Source: Ottowia thiooxydans (GTDB taxonomy: Bacteria; Pseudomonadota; Gammaproteobacteria; Burkholderiales; Burkholderiaceae_C). From it: a DNA stretch of 32,000 nucleotides. The first letter of the stretch is position 1. Each line of letters starts with the position of its first letter. The translations under genes were made by a program, and so were the position numbers. The stretch is from NCBI RefSeq assembly GCF_040548795.1, contig NZ_JBEPSH010000008.1, positions 4,310-36,309 on the forward strand, given 5' to 3'. Below the pieces are notes generated by a model, which was not told the DNA's origin, searched no databases, and saw only the letters and a program-made list of their open reading frames with translations. Positions 8,823 to 16,642 of this stretch are shown piece after piece.

Positions 8823-9830
8823 ATGCCACACGATCACTTCTGTTCCATTGGGTCGCTCGCGCTGAAGAACGGCGACAGCTTGCCAGACGTGACCATTGCA
8901 TACGCCTGCTACGGCAAACTCTCGGCCGATGGCAGCAACGCGATCCTTGTCACGCATGGCTACACAGCGAGCCATAGGCTGCTCGCGCACGGTGCTGGCG
9001 TGGCAGAAGGCTCCTGGGCTCCGTTGATCGGCCCAGGCAAGCCATTGGACCCGGACAGGTATTTCATCGTATGCCCCAATATGCTGGGCTCTTGCTACGG
9101 CAGCACGGGGCCGTCCAGCCTCAATCCGAAAACTGGTAAGCCCTACGGCGTTACTTTTCCAAGGATTGGCTTCTCCGACATAGTGGCTTCGCAGCGCGCT
9201 CTGCTGGACAAGCTCGGGGTTACGCACCTTCGTGCAGTGGTCGGTCCCTCCATGGGTGGGTTTCAGGCCTTGCAATGGGCCATTGATCACCCAGATTGGC
9301 TGGACACTGTCGCCGCAGTTGTTTCAGCGCCCTACTTGCCGCAGACCGAGAGCATGTCCATGGACTGGCTTATGCACTGGCTGGGGCGCGATCCTGCCTG
9401 GAACAACGGTGAGTTCACACCTGGAGCTTTGTACGACACCATGTGCCGCCTGAGAGTAGCCACGCTGCGTCAGTACGGAATGGAAACTATTCTGAACGCG
9501 CAAGGTGTCGATCCCACCGATGTCCAAGGGCGGATGGAGCGCATGGCGGCGCAATGGGCCCATGAGTTTGATCCACATGCACTGGTCGTGCTCCTGCGCG
9601 CCGCCCTCGATTTCGACGTGCAGCCCTTCATGGGCGCAATTCGCGCCAAGGTACTGCATGTAGTGGCGCGCAGCGACAAGCTGTTCCCACCCAACGCCAC
9701 CATGAACTGTGAGATGGCCCGCGTGCTTGGCAGTTACCGGTACGTGGAAATGGACACCGACCTCGGTCACTCCTCCTCTGGCCCTGCACATGCGTTATGG
9801 AGCCCTGCCCTGGCGGCGCTAATCGACTGA
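8823..9830 (+). CDS. MetX-like alpha/beta hydrolase (homoserine O-acetyltransferase family)
   Basis: ITIAYACYGKLSADGSNAILVTHGYTASH, PLIGPGKPLDPDRYFIVCPNMLGSCYGSTGPSS, nucleophile elbow VGPSMGG, and later SDKLFP and LGHSS as Asp/His candidates. The start could be the ATG at 8823 or the GTG at 8811. The 8598 start in the track overlaps the Bug gene and is unlikely. Confidence 0.8.
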   Translation: MPHDHFCSIGSLALKNGDSLPDVTIAYACYGKLSADGSNAILVTHGYTASHRLLAHGAGVAEGSWAPLIGPGKPLDPDRYFIVCPNMLGSCYGSTGPSSLNPKTGKPYGVTFPRIGFSDIVASQRALLDKLGVTHLRAVVGPSMGGFQALQWAIDHPDWLDTVAAVVSAPYLPQTESMSMDWLMHWLGRDPAWNNGEFTPGALYDTMCRLRVATLRQYGMETILNAQGVDPTDVQGRMERMAAQWAHEFDPHALVVLLRAALDFDVQPFMGAIRAKVLHVVARSDKLFPPNATMNCEMARVLGSYRYVEMDTDLGHSSSGPAHALWSPALAALID

Positions 9831-10037
9831 CTGCTCTGCAACGAGTTTTCGGGACGGGTAGCAAACCCTGCCGCTTCGCAGGCCCTGAGACTCGACTGGC
9901 CTATCACGTCAGCCCACCATTTTCGTATGCCACGTCCGTGGTCGTGAATCGACGCCGTCCTACGGAATTTTCCCCTGCCTGAGCCTAGACTGCCACAGGC
10001 TCCATTTCGGAGATAACCGCGAACAAAAAGAAGAAGA

Positions 10038-11303
10038 ATGATAAAGCCCGTCGTCATTACTGCGCTCATCACCCTGCTTGCCGTCGTATTGGCGATGAAC
10101 TTCGCCACGCCAGAAAAGAAGCTCGAGCGCAAGATCGAACACCGCTATGTAGTCAGCGACCCCCAGTTCAGAAGGGAACTGAGTGTCATGCTCGGCCCTG
10201 CCATTCTTCCTGGCAATCGCGTGCAAGACTTTCAAAATGGTGAGGAAATCTTCCCCGCCATGCTGGAAGCCATACACGACGCGACGCAGACCATCACCTT
10301 CGAAACCTACATCTACTGGTCCGGTGACATCGGAAAGAAGATGACAGAAGCGCTTTCCGAGAAGGCGCGCGCAGGCGTCAAAGTCAGGGTACTGCTGGAC
10401 TGGGTGGGCAGCTTGAAAATGGAGAATGAGCTTATTGAGGGCATGCAGGAAGCTGGCGTCATAGTGCACCGGTACCGGCCTCTTAAGTGGTACAACCTCG
10501 GCCGCATGAACAATCGGACACATCGCAAGCTGCTGGTAGTGGATGGCCGAGTCGCGTTTACCGGTGGTGTTGGCATTGCCGATCAGTGGGAGGGACAAGC
10601 CCAGGACCCCGACCACTGGCGCGATGTCCACTTCCGGCTAGACGGGCCGGCAGCAGCGCAATTTCAAGCGGCGTTCAACGACAACTGGATCAAGGCTACT
10701 GGCGAAGTCCTTAACGACGAAGAGTTTTTCCCTCGCCTTTCGCCAGCCGGGGACGTAGACGCCCACCTGTTTATCAGCTCCCCTGCCAGTGGCAGCGAGA
10801 GCATGCACCTGATGTATCTGCTGGCCATTGCAGCGGCAGCTGAAAGTATTGATCTCCAGGCATCCTATTTTGTGCCGGACGAACTCATCATCAAAGCGCT
10901 AACGGAAGCACGCAGCCGCGGCGTGAAAATCCGGATTCTGGTGCCCGGCGAACATATAGATTCCGAGACCGTTCGGTTTGCGTCCAAAGCGTCATGGGGG
11001 CCCATGTTGCAAGCAGGGATCAAAATATACGAATACGAGCCCACCATGATGCACAACAAGGTGCTGATAGTGGACAAGGAGATGGTCTCGGTAGGTTCCA
11101 CCAATTTCGACGTGAGGTCGTTCCGCCTGAACGACGAAGCCAGCCTTAACATCTACGACGCTGCCTTTGCAGAAAAAATGACGCGGATGTTCGAGGAAGA
11201 TCTCAAGCACACCCATCTCTACACTTTCGAGACATGGGCAGCGCGCCCCTTGAAGGACAAATTGATCGAGCGCTTCGTATTACCGATCAAATCTCAGTTG
11301 TAG
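10038..11303 (+). CDS. Phospholipase D family protein / cardiolipin synthase-like, with an N-terminal TM helix
   Basis: Two HKD motifs are present: HRKLLVVDGRVAFTGGVGIAD and HNKVLIVDKEMVSVGSTNFD. The N-terminus has the hydrophobic helix VVITALITLLAVVLAM. Confidence 0.88.
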   Translation: MIKPVVITALITLLAVVLAMNFATPEKKLERKIEHRYVVSDPQFRRELSVMLGPAILPGNRVQDFQNGEEIFPAMLEAIHDATQTITFETYIYWSGDIGKKMTEALSEKARAGVKVRVLLDWVGSLKMENELIEGMQEAGVIVHRYRPLKWYNLGRMNNRTHRKLLVVDGRVAFTGGVGIADQWEGQAQDPDHWRDVHFRLDGPAAAQFQAAFNDNWIKATGEVLNDEEFFPRLSPAGDVDAHLFISSPASGSESMHLMYLLAIAAAAESIDLQASYFVPDELIIKALTEARSRGVKIRILVPGEHIDSETVRFASKASWGPMLQAGIKIYEYEPTMMHNKVLIVDKEMVSVGSTNFDVRSFRLNDEASLNIYDAAFAEKMTRMFEEDLKHTHLYTFETWAARPLKDKLIERFVLPIKSQL

Positions 11304-11406
11304 TCGAAGTCTCAAGACGCTCGGAAAGCCAGCACATACTGACCTCAAGGCTCCTCCGAACCACAAGCCGCCTCGCTGACATCAGGTTGAAAAAATTCCT
11401 GCAGGG

Positions 11407-12507
11407 TCACTTTGCCAAGCCGCGGGCCGCTTGAAGGATCTGGGTTCGGATGAGGGTAATGGCCTGCCCACGCGCCATGCTCTGCGGGGAAGTGCTTGAG
11501 GTGGCCGCAACCACCAGGTTCAGGTGCGGGTACACCCATATCCACTGACCGCCATGGCCGCTGGCCATGAACGGTTTGCGTGTCACACCGCGATCTGGAG
11601 CACTGTTGGCCACCCACCAGAGATAACCATATGGTGTGCTCAATGGAGGGCCGCCAGAATTCCTGCCTGAGGTGGCTGTGCGCATGAAATCCAGGGGCAC
11701 CAGTGCATTCGCTCCCCACGACCCCTCCCTCAATGCAAGCTCCCCCAACCGAGCCATGTCGCGGGTACTAAGACGCAGGCCCAGGGCACCGAAATCGAAG
11801 CCGTTGGCACCTTTGGCCCAGGAAAATCGCTTGATGCCGAGCGGCGCAAAAAGCTGTTCGCGCGCAAGCTCTGATACGGGCTTACCGGCTGCACGAGAAA
11901 GCGCAATCGCCAGCAGGTTGGCGGCGCCATTGTCATAGTTGAATTGCTTGCCTGGAGAGGCCACAAATGGCCGGCGCGTGATCCACGCCACGTTGTCATC
12001 CAGGTCACGCTGGCTGAACTGCGCCCCTGGCCAACCGGCAGTCATGGTCAACAGGTGTGAAATGCGCAATTGACGTGCACGCGGATCCGGGTGACCACGT
12101 GCCAGATCGGGCACCAGTTCTGCCACCAATTGATCGACGCGCTTGATCTGGCCGGACTTCAGCGCCTGCCCCACCAGCAACGCGAGCACGCTCTTCGTGA
12201 TGGACTGCGTATCCTGAAGCGTATCGGCGGTGACGCCCTTCCGGTAATACTCAAACATGAGCTGACCATTCTGAACGACCACTACACTGCGTATGTCCGT
12301 GTAGTGGCTTTCGATTCGCGTTGTCAGATCCCCAAACAACTGCGAGGCCTTTGCGGCCCTCGCTCGCGACGGCTGCTGCCATTCGGGTTTCGAAGGCTCT
12401 GAACCAACTGGGCTCTTTTGCGCCAAAGAGGTTGATGCGGTTACAGCCGCAAGCGTCAGCATCAAGGTGCGAAGCCAGGCCCGCACTAACCGTGAAACAC
12501 CGAGCAT
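11407..12507 (-). CDS. Serine hydrolase, beta-lactamase/transpeptidase fold (class C/PBP4*-like), secreted
   Basis: SxxK motif SITKSVLALLVGQAL, a YDNGAANLLA segment (Y-x-N-like) and a C-terminal GHGGQW. The ATG at 12507 gives the signal-peptide-like start MLGVSRLVRAWLRTLMLTLAAVTASTSLAQ. The track start at 12573 is a TTG, and ATGs at 12549 and 12540 are also possible. Confidence 0.8.
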   Translation of the reverse strand: MLGVSRLVRAWLRTLMLTLAAVTASTSLAQKSPVGSEPSKPEWQQPSRARAAKASQLFGDLTTRIESHYTDIRSVVVVQNGQLMFEYYRKGVTADTLQDTQSITKSVLALLVGQALKSGQIKRVDQLVAELVPDLARGHPDPRARQLRISHLLTMTAGWPGAQFSQRDLDDNVAWITRRPFVASPGKQFNYDNGAANLLAIALSRAAGKPVSELAREQLFAPLGIKRFSWAKGANGFDFGALGLRLSTRDMARLGELALREGSWGANALVPLDFMRTATSGRNSGGPPLSTPYGYLWWVANSAPDRGVTRKPFMASGHGGQWIWVYPHLNLVVAATSSTSPQSMARGQAITLIRTQILQAARGLAK

Positions 12508-12721
12508 TGGGTCAATTCCAAGACATGAAACGATCGTCATGAACGCCATCCGAGTGATACTTTGGGCGCGCAACGGCCTCTGACCACCCGCCTCGCATCC
12601 ATACGCGATTCAGGTCGGGCGTCCAGCCGCATCTCATACTACCTCTGAATTCCCTGCTATCGCTTCGCCCACCCCATTGCAAACTCAGAGCCTCTGGCTA
12701 GCCATCGAATGGCGTTTTATC

Positions 12722-13306
12722 TCAGCGACGTGAATAGACTTTACGGCTCAAAACTGCTCCTTCGTCCTGGAGCGGGGCCGGTGAGGTTTCTGTCGCATCG
12801 CGCAGTTGACCATCGCGATCGTGGTGCACCAGCAGTTGCCGGGTGCGTTGCCATGTGGAAAGCAATGCAGGAGGTACGGCAATGTAGGAAGCCAGTGCGA
12901 ACAAGGATGAATGCTCATATTTCGACGGCGCCTCGCGTTGGTCCTGCATGCGGCGCAAAGGTCCCATCACAAGCATGGAAAGAAGGATTACGCCGATCAC
13001 GATGGCATAGAGCCCCAACAGATGCCATACCTCAGGTTGGGATCGAGCTCCCAAAACGTAGGGCCAGGCATACCAGATCGCGCAGAACCAGATCGCGAGC
13101 GTGACCGCGGGGCGCAGCAGGCGCAACCACAAGAACATCACGAGAGCACGCTGCGGCGAACGCCCTGTGCCGAAGGCACTCAGAGGAATGCGCGCCGCAT
13201 CGATGATGGGCTCATCAACGTTGGGCTGGCCCCAGGAGCGTTGGCGTGTCGGTGGCGGCGATGAACGCTCGCGCGTTGCTGTAATGGAATCATTGTCGTG
13301 GTACAT
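12722..13306 (-). CDS. pgaD: PgaD-like PNAG biosynthesis membrane protein
   Basis: A small protein with two hydrophobic helices (ALVMFLWLRLLRPAVTLAIWFCAIWYAWPYVL and WHLLGLYAIVIGVILLSMLVM). It lies immediately after pgaC and overlaps it by 17 nt. Position and topology match PgaD, but the sequence family is poorly conserved, so the call is partly positional. Confidence 0.7.
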   Translation of the reverse strand: MYHDNDSITATRERSSPPPTRQRSWGQPNVDEPIIDAARIPLSAFGTGRSPQRALVMFLWLRLLRPAVTLAIWFCAIWYAWPYVLGARSQPEVWHLLGLYAIVIGVILLSMLVMGPLRRMQDQREAPSKYEHSSLFALASYIAVPPALLSTWQRTRQLLVHHDRDGQLRDATETSPAPLQDEGAVLSRKVYSRR

Positions 13307-14573
13307 CAGAAACTCCTCGGTCTGGGCTCGTCCATACCGCGCGTTTTCCGCGACGGCGTATCAGGGCCTTGGGAAGGGCGACGACCGTGGTGGCCATCGT
13401 GATAGTCCAGAATGCGATCGGATACCAGATCGTTCCGGCGAAATAGCGCAGCAGGTCGCGGTCGTAGCGACGGTCGATCCACAGGCTCACCAATATCTGC
13501 AGGATGCAGGTCATGGCCAGCAGCGTCCCCTGCCATTGCGGCAGCAGCGCCGAATGCCAGCTCGACTCCTGAGGCAGGAAGGGACGGATGAAGCTGATTG
13601 CAAGTACCAACACCATCGCGTAGGCCCACACCACACTCGTCATGTACTCGGCATAGATAAGCCACAGGCGCCAACTGCGCAGCCTCAGAATGCGAAGCGT
13701 GACGCGCAGCATGGTCTGAATGCCGCCTTCGGCCCAGCGAAGCCTCTGCTTCCACAAACCCCTTAGCGTCTCAGGCATGAGAATCCAGCAAAGTGCGCGA
13801 GGTTCGAAGCGCAGCCGCCAGCCAGCCAGCTGGAGCTTCCAGCTCATGTCAATGTCTTCGGTGAGCACATCCGTGCTCCAAAAACCCACGTCAATCACTG
13901 CACGGCGACGGAACATGGCCAGTACCCCCGACACCGTGAACAAAGTGCCGATCAGTTGCTGCGAGCGCTTGATGAGCCCAATGATTGAAGAGAACTCACC
14001 TACCTGCATGCGCCCCAGCACGGTGGTGCGCGTGCGGATACGCGGATTACCTGTGACTGCTCCGATGGTTTCCGAGGACAGCATGCGCTTGAGCAGCCAG
14101 GCAATGGCGTTTGGGTCGACCAGCGCGTCGCCGTCGATGCCCAGAATGTACTCACCGAGCGCGAGTTGACAGGCGGTGTTCAGACCCACTGCCTTTCCCT
14201 GATTGCTGGCATTGTGAATCACGCGCAGCCGCTCGAACTCCAGTGTCATGGCGTCGAGAAGCCGACCCGTCCCGTCGGTGCTGCCATCGTTAACGGCGAT
14301 CACCTCGTAGTTCGGGTAACGCGTGCGCATGAGCTGCTCGATCACCTCTCGCAGATGCGGCTCCTCGTTGAAGCAAGGCACCACCACAGTCACCAGCGGC
14401 AGCGAGGGCAGTTGCAAGAGCGGGTCCACTTCTACGTCTCGCTTGCGCTCGAATGACCATGCATGCGAGACACCGCCCGCCATCCATACCCACGCCATAA
14501 AGAAAGGGTAGTAGAAAACAAAGCCAAACAGCACCGGCGGGATCGAATCCAGCAAGAGGGCTAGCCCGTTCAT
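13290..14573 (-). CDS. pgaC: Poly-beta-1,6-N-acetyl-D-glucosamine synthase (GT2 family)
   Basis: VVVPCFNEE, VIAVNDGSTDGT, ILGIDGDALVD, and the QxxRW motif in LWKQRLRWAEGG, flanked by TM helices. The ATG at 14573 overlaps the pgaB stop as ATGA. The longer 14798 start in the track would run about 225 nt into pgaB. Confidence 0.93.
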   Translation of the reverse strand: MNGLALLLDSIPPVLFGFVFYYPFFMAWVWMAGGVSHAWSFERKRDVEVDPLLQLPSLPLVTVVVPCFNEEPHLREVIEQLMRTRYPNYEVIAVNDGSTDGTGRLLDAMTLEFERLRVIHNASNQGKAVGLNTACQLALGEYILGIDGDALVDPNAIAWLLKRMLSSETIGAVTGNPRIRTRTTVLGRMQVGEFSSIIGLIKRSQQLIGTLFTVSGVLAMFRRRAVIDVGFWSTDVLTEDIDMSWKLQLAGWRLRFEPRALCWILMPETLRGLWKQRLRWAEGGIQTMLRVTLRILRLRSWRLWLIYAEYMTSVVWAYAMVLVLAISFIRPFLPQESSWHSALLPQWQGTLLAMTCILQILVSLWIDRRYDRDLLRYFAGTIWYPIAFWTITMATTVVALPKALIRRRGKRAVWTSPDRGVSDVPRQ

Positions 14574-16642
14574 TGGGGTGCTCCCGTAGCCAGCGGTGCG
14601 GTTGAAGCACGGGCGCTGCGTGGCAAGGTGCGCGGCAATAAAGAACGCACGGAGATTGCGCGTCGCACTGTGTCCAGTGAGGGTTGATTGTTCAGAAAAT
14701 CGTCTGGGTAATAGCCCAGATGACGCACGCCAGCGCGCTGCAACAGAGTCCACTGTCGGGTCAGCTCTTCGTCGGATACTGGCTCGCCGGTTCGCCAATC
14801 GCGCGCCTGTAGTTCGAACACGGTGCCGTCCAGACCCCGGGGCGTGTCCGCCGCACGTCGGGCGAGGCGGCTTAGCCAGGCGTCGCTTTCAGCTGCAGTC
14901 CGGGCCTCCTGCTCCATGCGCGGCATCGCCATCAGGCCCACGTAGTCATAAGCTGCAAGCGAAGCTTCATAGTTCTGTGCGAACCATTGCTCAGCGGCGG
15001 GTTCAAGCACCGGCCGCGCGTAGAGGTTGCGGGCGGTCTCCAGGCCTGGGCGCCAAACGCGCACGCGGGCTGCCAACTCTTTCGTGAAGTCGATCAGGTG
15101 GCGGGTCTTTGCAGTGCTCCAGCGCTGCATCAGCATGGGGTCGGCGCGCAGCGTGGTCACGTCGGCCGGCATACCCCAGCTGCGATACGCTTCGAGCGCA
15201 GCAGAGCTCGCATCCTCGTCATCAGAGAGCATGGCGTCGTCATGAAACAGCAGGCCGGCAAAGTCGGCGTGGCGGCCAAGGTCTTCGTAAATGTCACCGA
15301 CCAACCCGCGTACCTCAGGGTCGAAAGGTGATAGGCGGTGGTAGCGGTCGGCGGGTGCTTGACCGTTCACAGAGCGGACGGTGCGCGTCGCGAGCGGGTT
15401 GGAAGCCGGCAGACGAAAGGCTGTGACCGGCATCCAAGCGTAGACCTTGACGCGGGCGCGGGTGCGCAGCTGCCAGGCCGCGCGCGCAAACAGGTCGGAG
15501 CGCATCGGCAAGTAGCGGTTGGGAAAGTACAGCTCGCTGGCCACGCCATCCCCATCGGGGTCGGCGTAGGCCTGCAGGAAAACCGAGCGTGGGCGCACGG
15601 CGGCCACTCGCTCGATCAGCGCAGAGAGATTTTGCTCCTGCCTGGCTGGGTCAGGGTCGTAGACGTAGTCCAGATCGACGTGCATGACACGGTTGATTGG
15701 CCGTACCTCGCCACCAGCCGGGCTACGCAGCATGTGCACGTAATCGGGGGCCGAGGCATCATAGGTAGCCAAGCCGCGGCGGATGCGCGTCAAAGGCACT
15801 CCCAGCGTGTTGGGGCCGGCATCGAGCGTCAAGGTGATCGGCATGCCCGCGCGCACTGAGGCATCTATCACAGGCGCGTTATAGGCTCCATAGGGCCAAA
15901 CGGTGGCACGCACTTTGGCGCCAGTGCGTGCTTCTATCAGTGCACGGCTGCGGCGCAAGTCGGCCTCAACGCGGTGCAAATAGGCCGCGTCGCTCTCGTA
16001 GCGGCCAGTCTCTGGATCGTAGCGGTGAGTAACCGCAGCCGGCATCAAGTTGCCCTGCGGATTGCCCTGAATGCCGGTATGCATCTCATGGGTATGCGTA
16101 GCGAATTCGACCAGTGGAGAGCGTGCCATCTCGGCCGCCTCACTCCAGAGCAGGAAATTCTCGCGTGGAACGGGCTTGTCGCCCCAGGGCACAAGTTGGC
16201 CTTCGGGCACTTCCAGCCAGCTCGTCACCAAGGCGAACACCGCCGGGTAATCAAAGCGCTGAAGCAGTGGAAACACCTTGGTGTAGGCGCTTCGGTAGCC
16301 ATCGTCGAACGTGAGCAGGACAGGTTTCGGTGGCAGTGGCTTGCCGCCGGAGCGCGATTCCGTGATCTGCTGCAGACTGACCGGCCGGTAGCCGCTGTAC
16401 TGCAGCCACGCGAACACCTCGGTGAGCGTGCGCTCGTCAAGGGCGGTATCGTCGGGCGCCGCCTCAAAGCTCGCGCGCACGTTGGAGCGTACGTCGTGGA
16501 ACGCGATTACTCGAAAGTCGGCCCCGTTGACGGGATCGGCTGCTGGCAGTCGCTGCGCCGAGGCGGGCCATAGGGGTGCCAGAAGCAACCCGAACAGCAC
16601 AGCACGCAGCCATTGGTAGAGGAAGAAGGAAGTTCTTTTCAC
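14570..16642 (-). CDS. pgaB: Poly-beta-1,6-N-acetyl-D-glucosamine N-deacetylase (CE4 deacetylase domain plus C-terminal glycoside-hydrolase-like domain)
   Basis: 690 aa. CE4 motifs LLTFDDGYRSAY and FATHTHEMHTG. The long C-terminal domain matches the PgaB/BpsB layout. It has a signal peptide ending PASAQ with no Cys. The GTG start overlaps the pgaA stop as GTGA. Confidence 0.92.
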   Translation of the reverse strand: MKRTSFFLYQWLRAVLFGLLLAPLWPASAQRLPAADPVNGADFRVIAFHDVRSNVRASFEAAPDDTALDERTLTEVFAWLQYSGYRPVSLQQITESRSGGKPLPPKPVLLTFDDGYRSAYTKVFPLLQRFDYPAVFALVTSWLEVPEGQLVPWGDKPVPRENFLLWSEAAEMARSPLVEFATHTHEMHTGIQGNPQGNLMPAAVTHRYDPETGRYESDAAYLHRVEADLRRSRALIEARTGAKVRATVWPYGAYNAPVIDASVRAGMPITLTLDAGPNTLGVPLTRIRRGLATYDASAPDYVHMLRSPAGGEVRPINRVMHVDLDYVYDPDPARQEQNLSALIERVAAVRPRSVFLQAYADPDGDGVASELYFPNRYLPMRSDLFARAAWQLRTRARVKVYAWMPVTAFRLPASNPLATRTVRSVNGQAPADRYHRLSPFDPEVRGLVGDIYEDLGRHADFAGLLFHDDAMLSDDEDASSAALEAYRSWGMPADVTTLRADPMLMQRWSTAKTRHLIDFTKELAARVRVWRPGLETARNLYARPVLEPAAEQWFAQNYEASLAAYDYVGLMAMPRMEQEARTAAESDAWLSRLARRAADTPRGLDGTVFELQARDWRTGEPVSDEELTRQWTLLQRAGVRHLGYYPDDFLNNQPSLDTVRRAISVRSLLPRTLPRSARASTAPLATGAPQ

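Noticed and set aside
9960-10631. A 223-aa minus-strand ORF.
   Set aside because: It is antisense to the PLD/cardiolipin synthase gene, which has two intact HKD motifs. It has no motifs of its own.
12686-12720. A cluster of short palindromes after pgaD: CAGAGCCTCTG, TGGCTAGCCA, and GCCATCGAATGGC followed by GTTTTAT.
   Set aside because: The T-run is on the plus strand, the wrong orientation for terminating the minus-strand pga operon. The stems are 5 bp or have no usable loop, so this was not annotated as a terminator.
12709-13766. Plus-strand ORFs 12709-13104, 12911-13264 and 13101-13766.
   Set aside because: They are antisense to pgaD and pgaC, which are supported by membrane topology and GT2 motifs. 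The products are Arg-rich and featureless.
14574-14798. An upstream extension of the pgaC ORF (75 extra codons). Similar extensions occur at 1543-1608, 2415-2627, 6600-6689, 8598-8822 and 31441-31545.
   Set aside because: The extensions overlap the preceding genes or are Arg/Pro-rich and unlike the protein families concerned. Internal ATG codons give canonical N-termini and, for pgaC, an ATGA coupling with pgaB.
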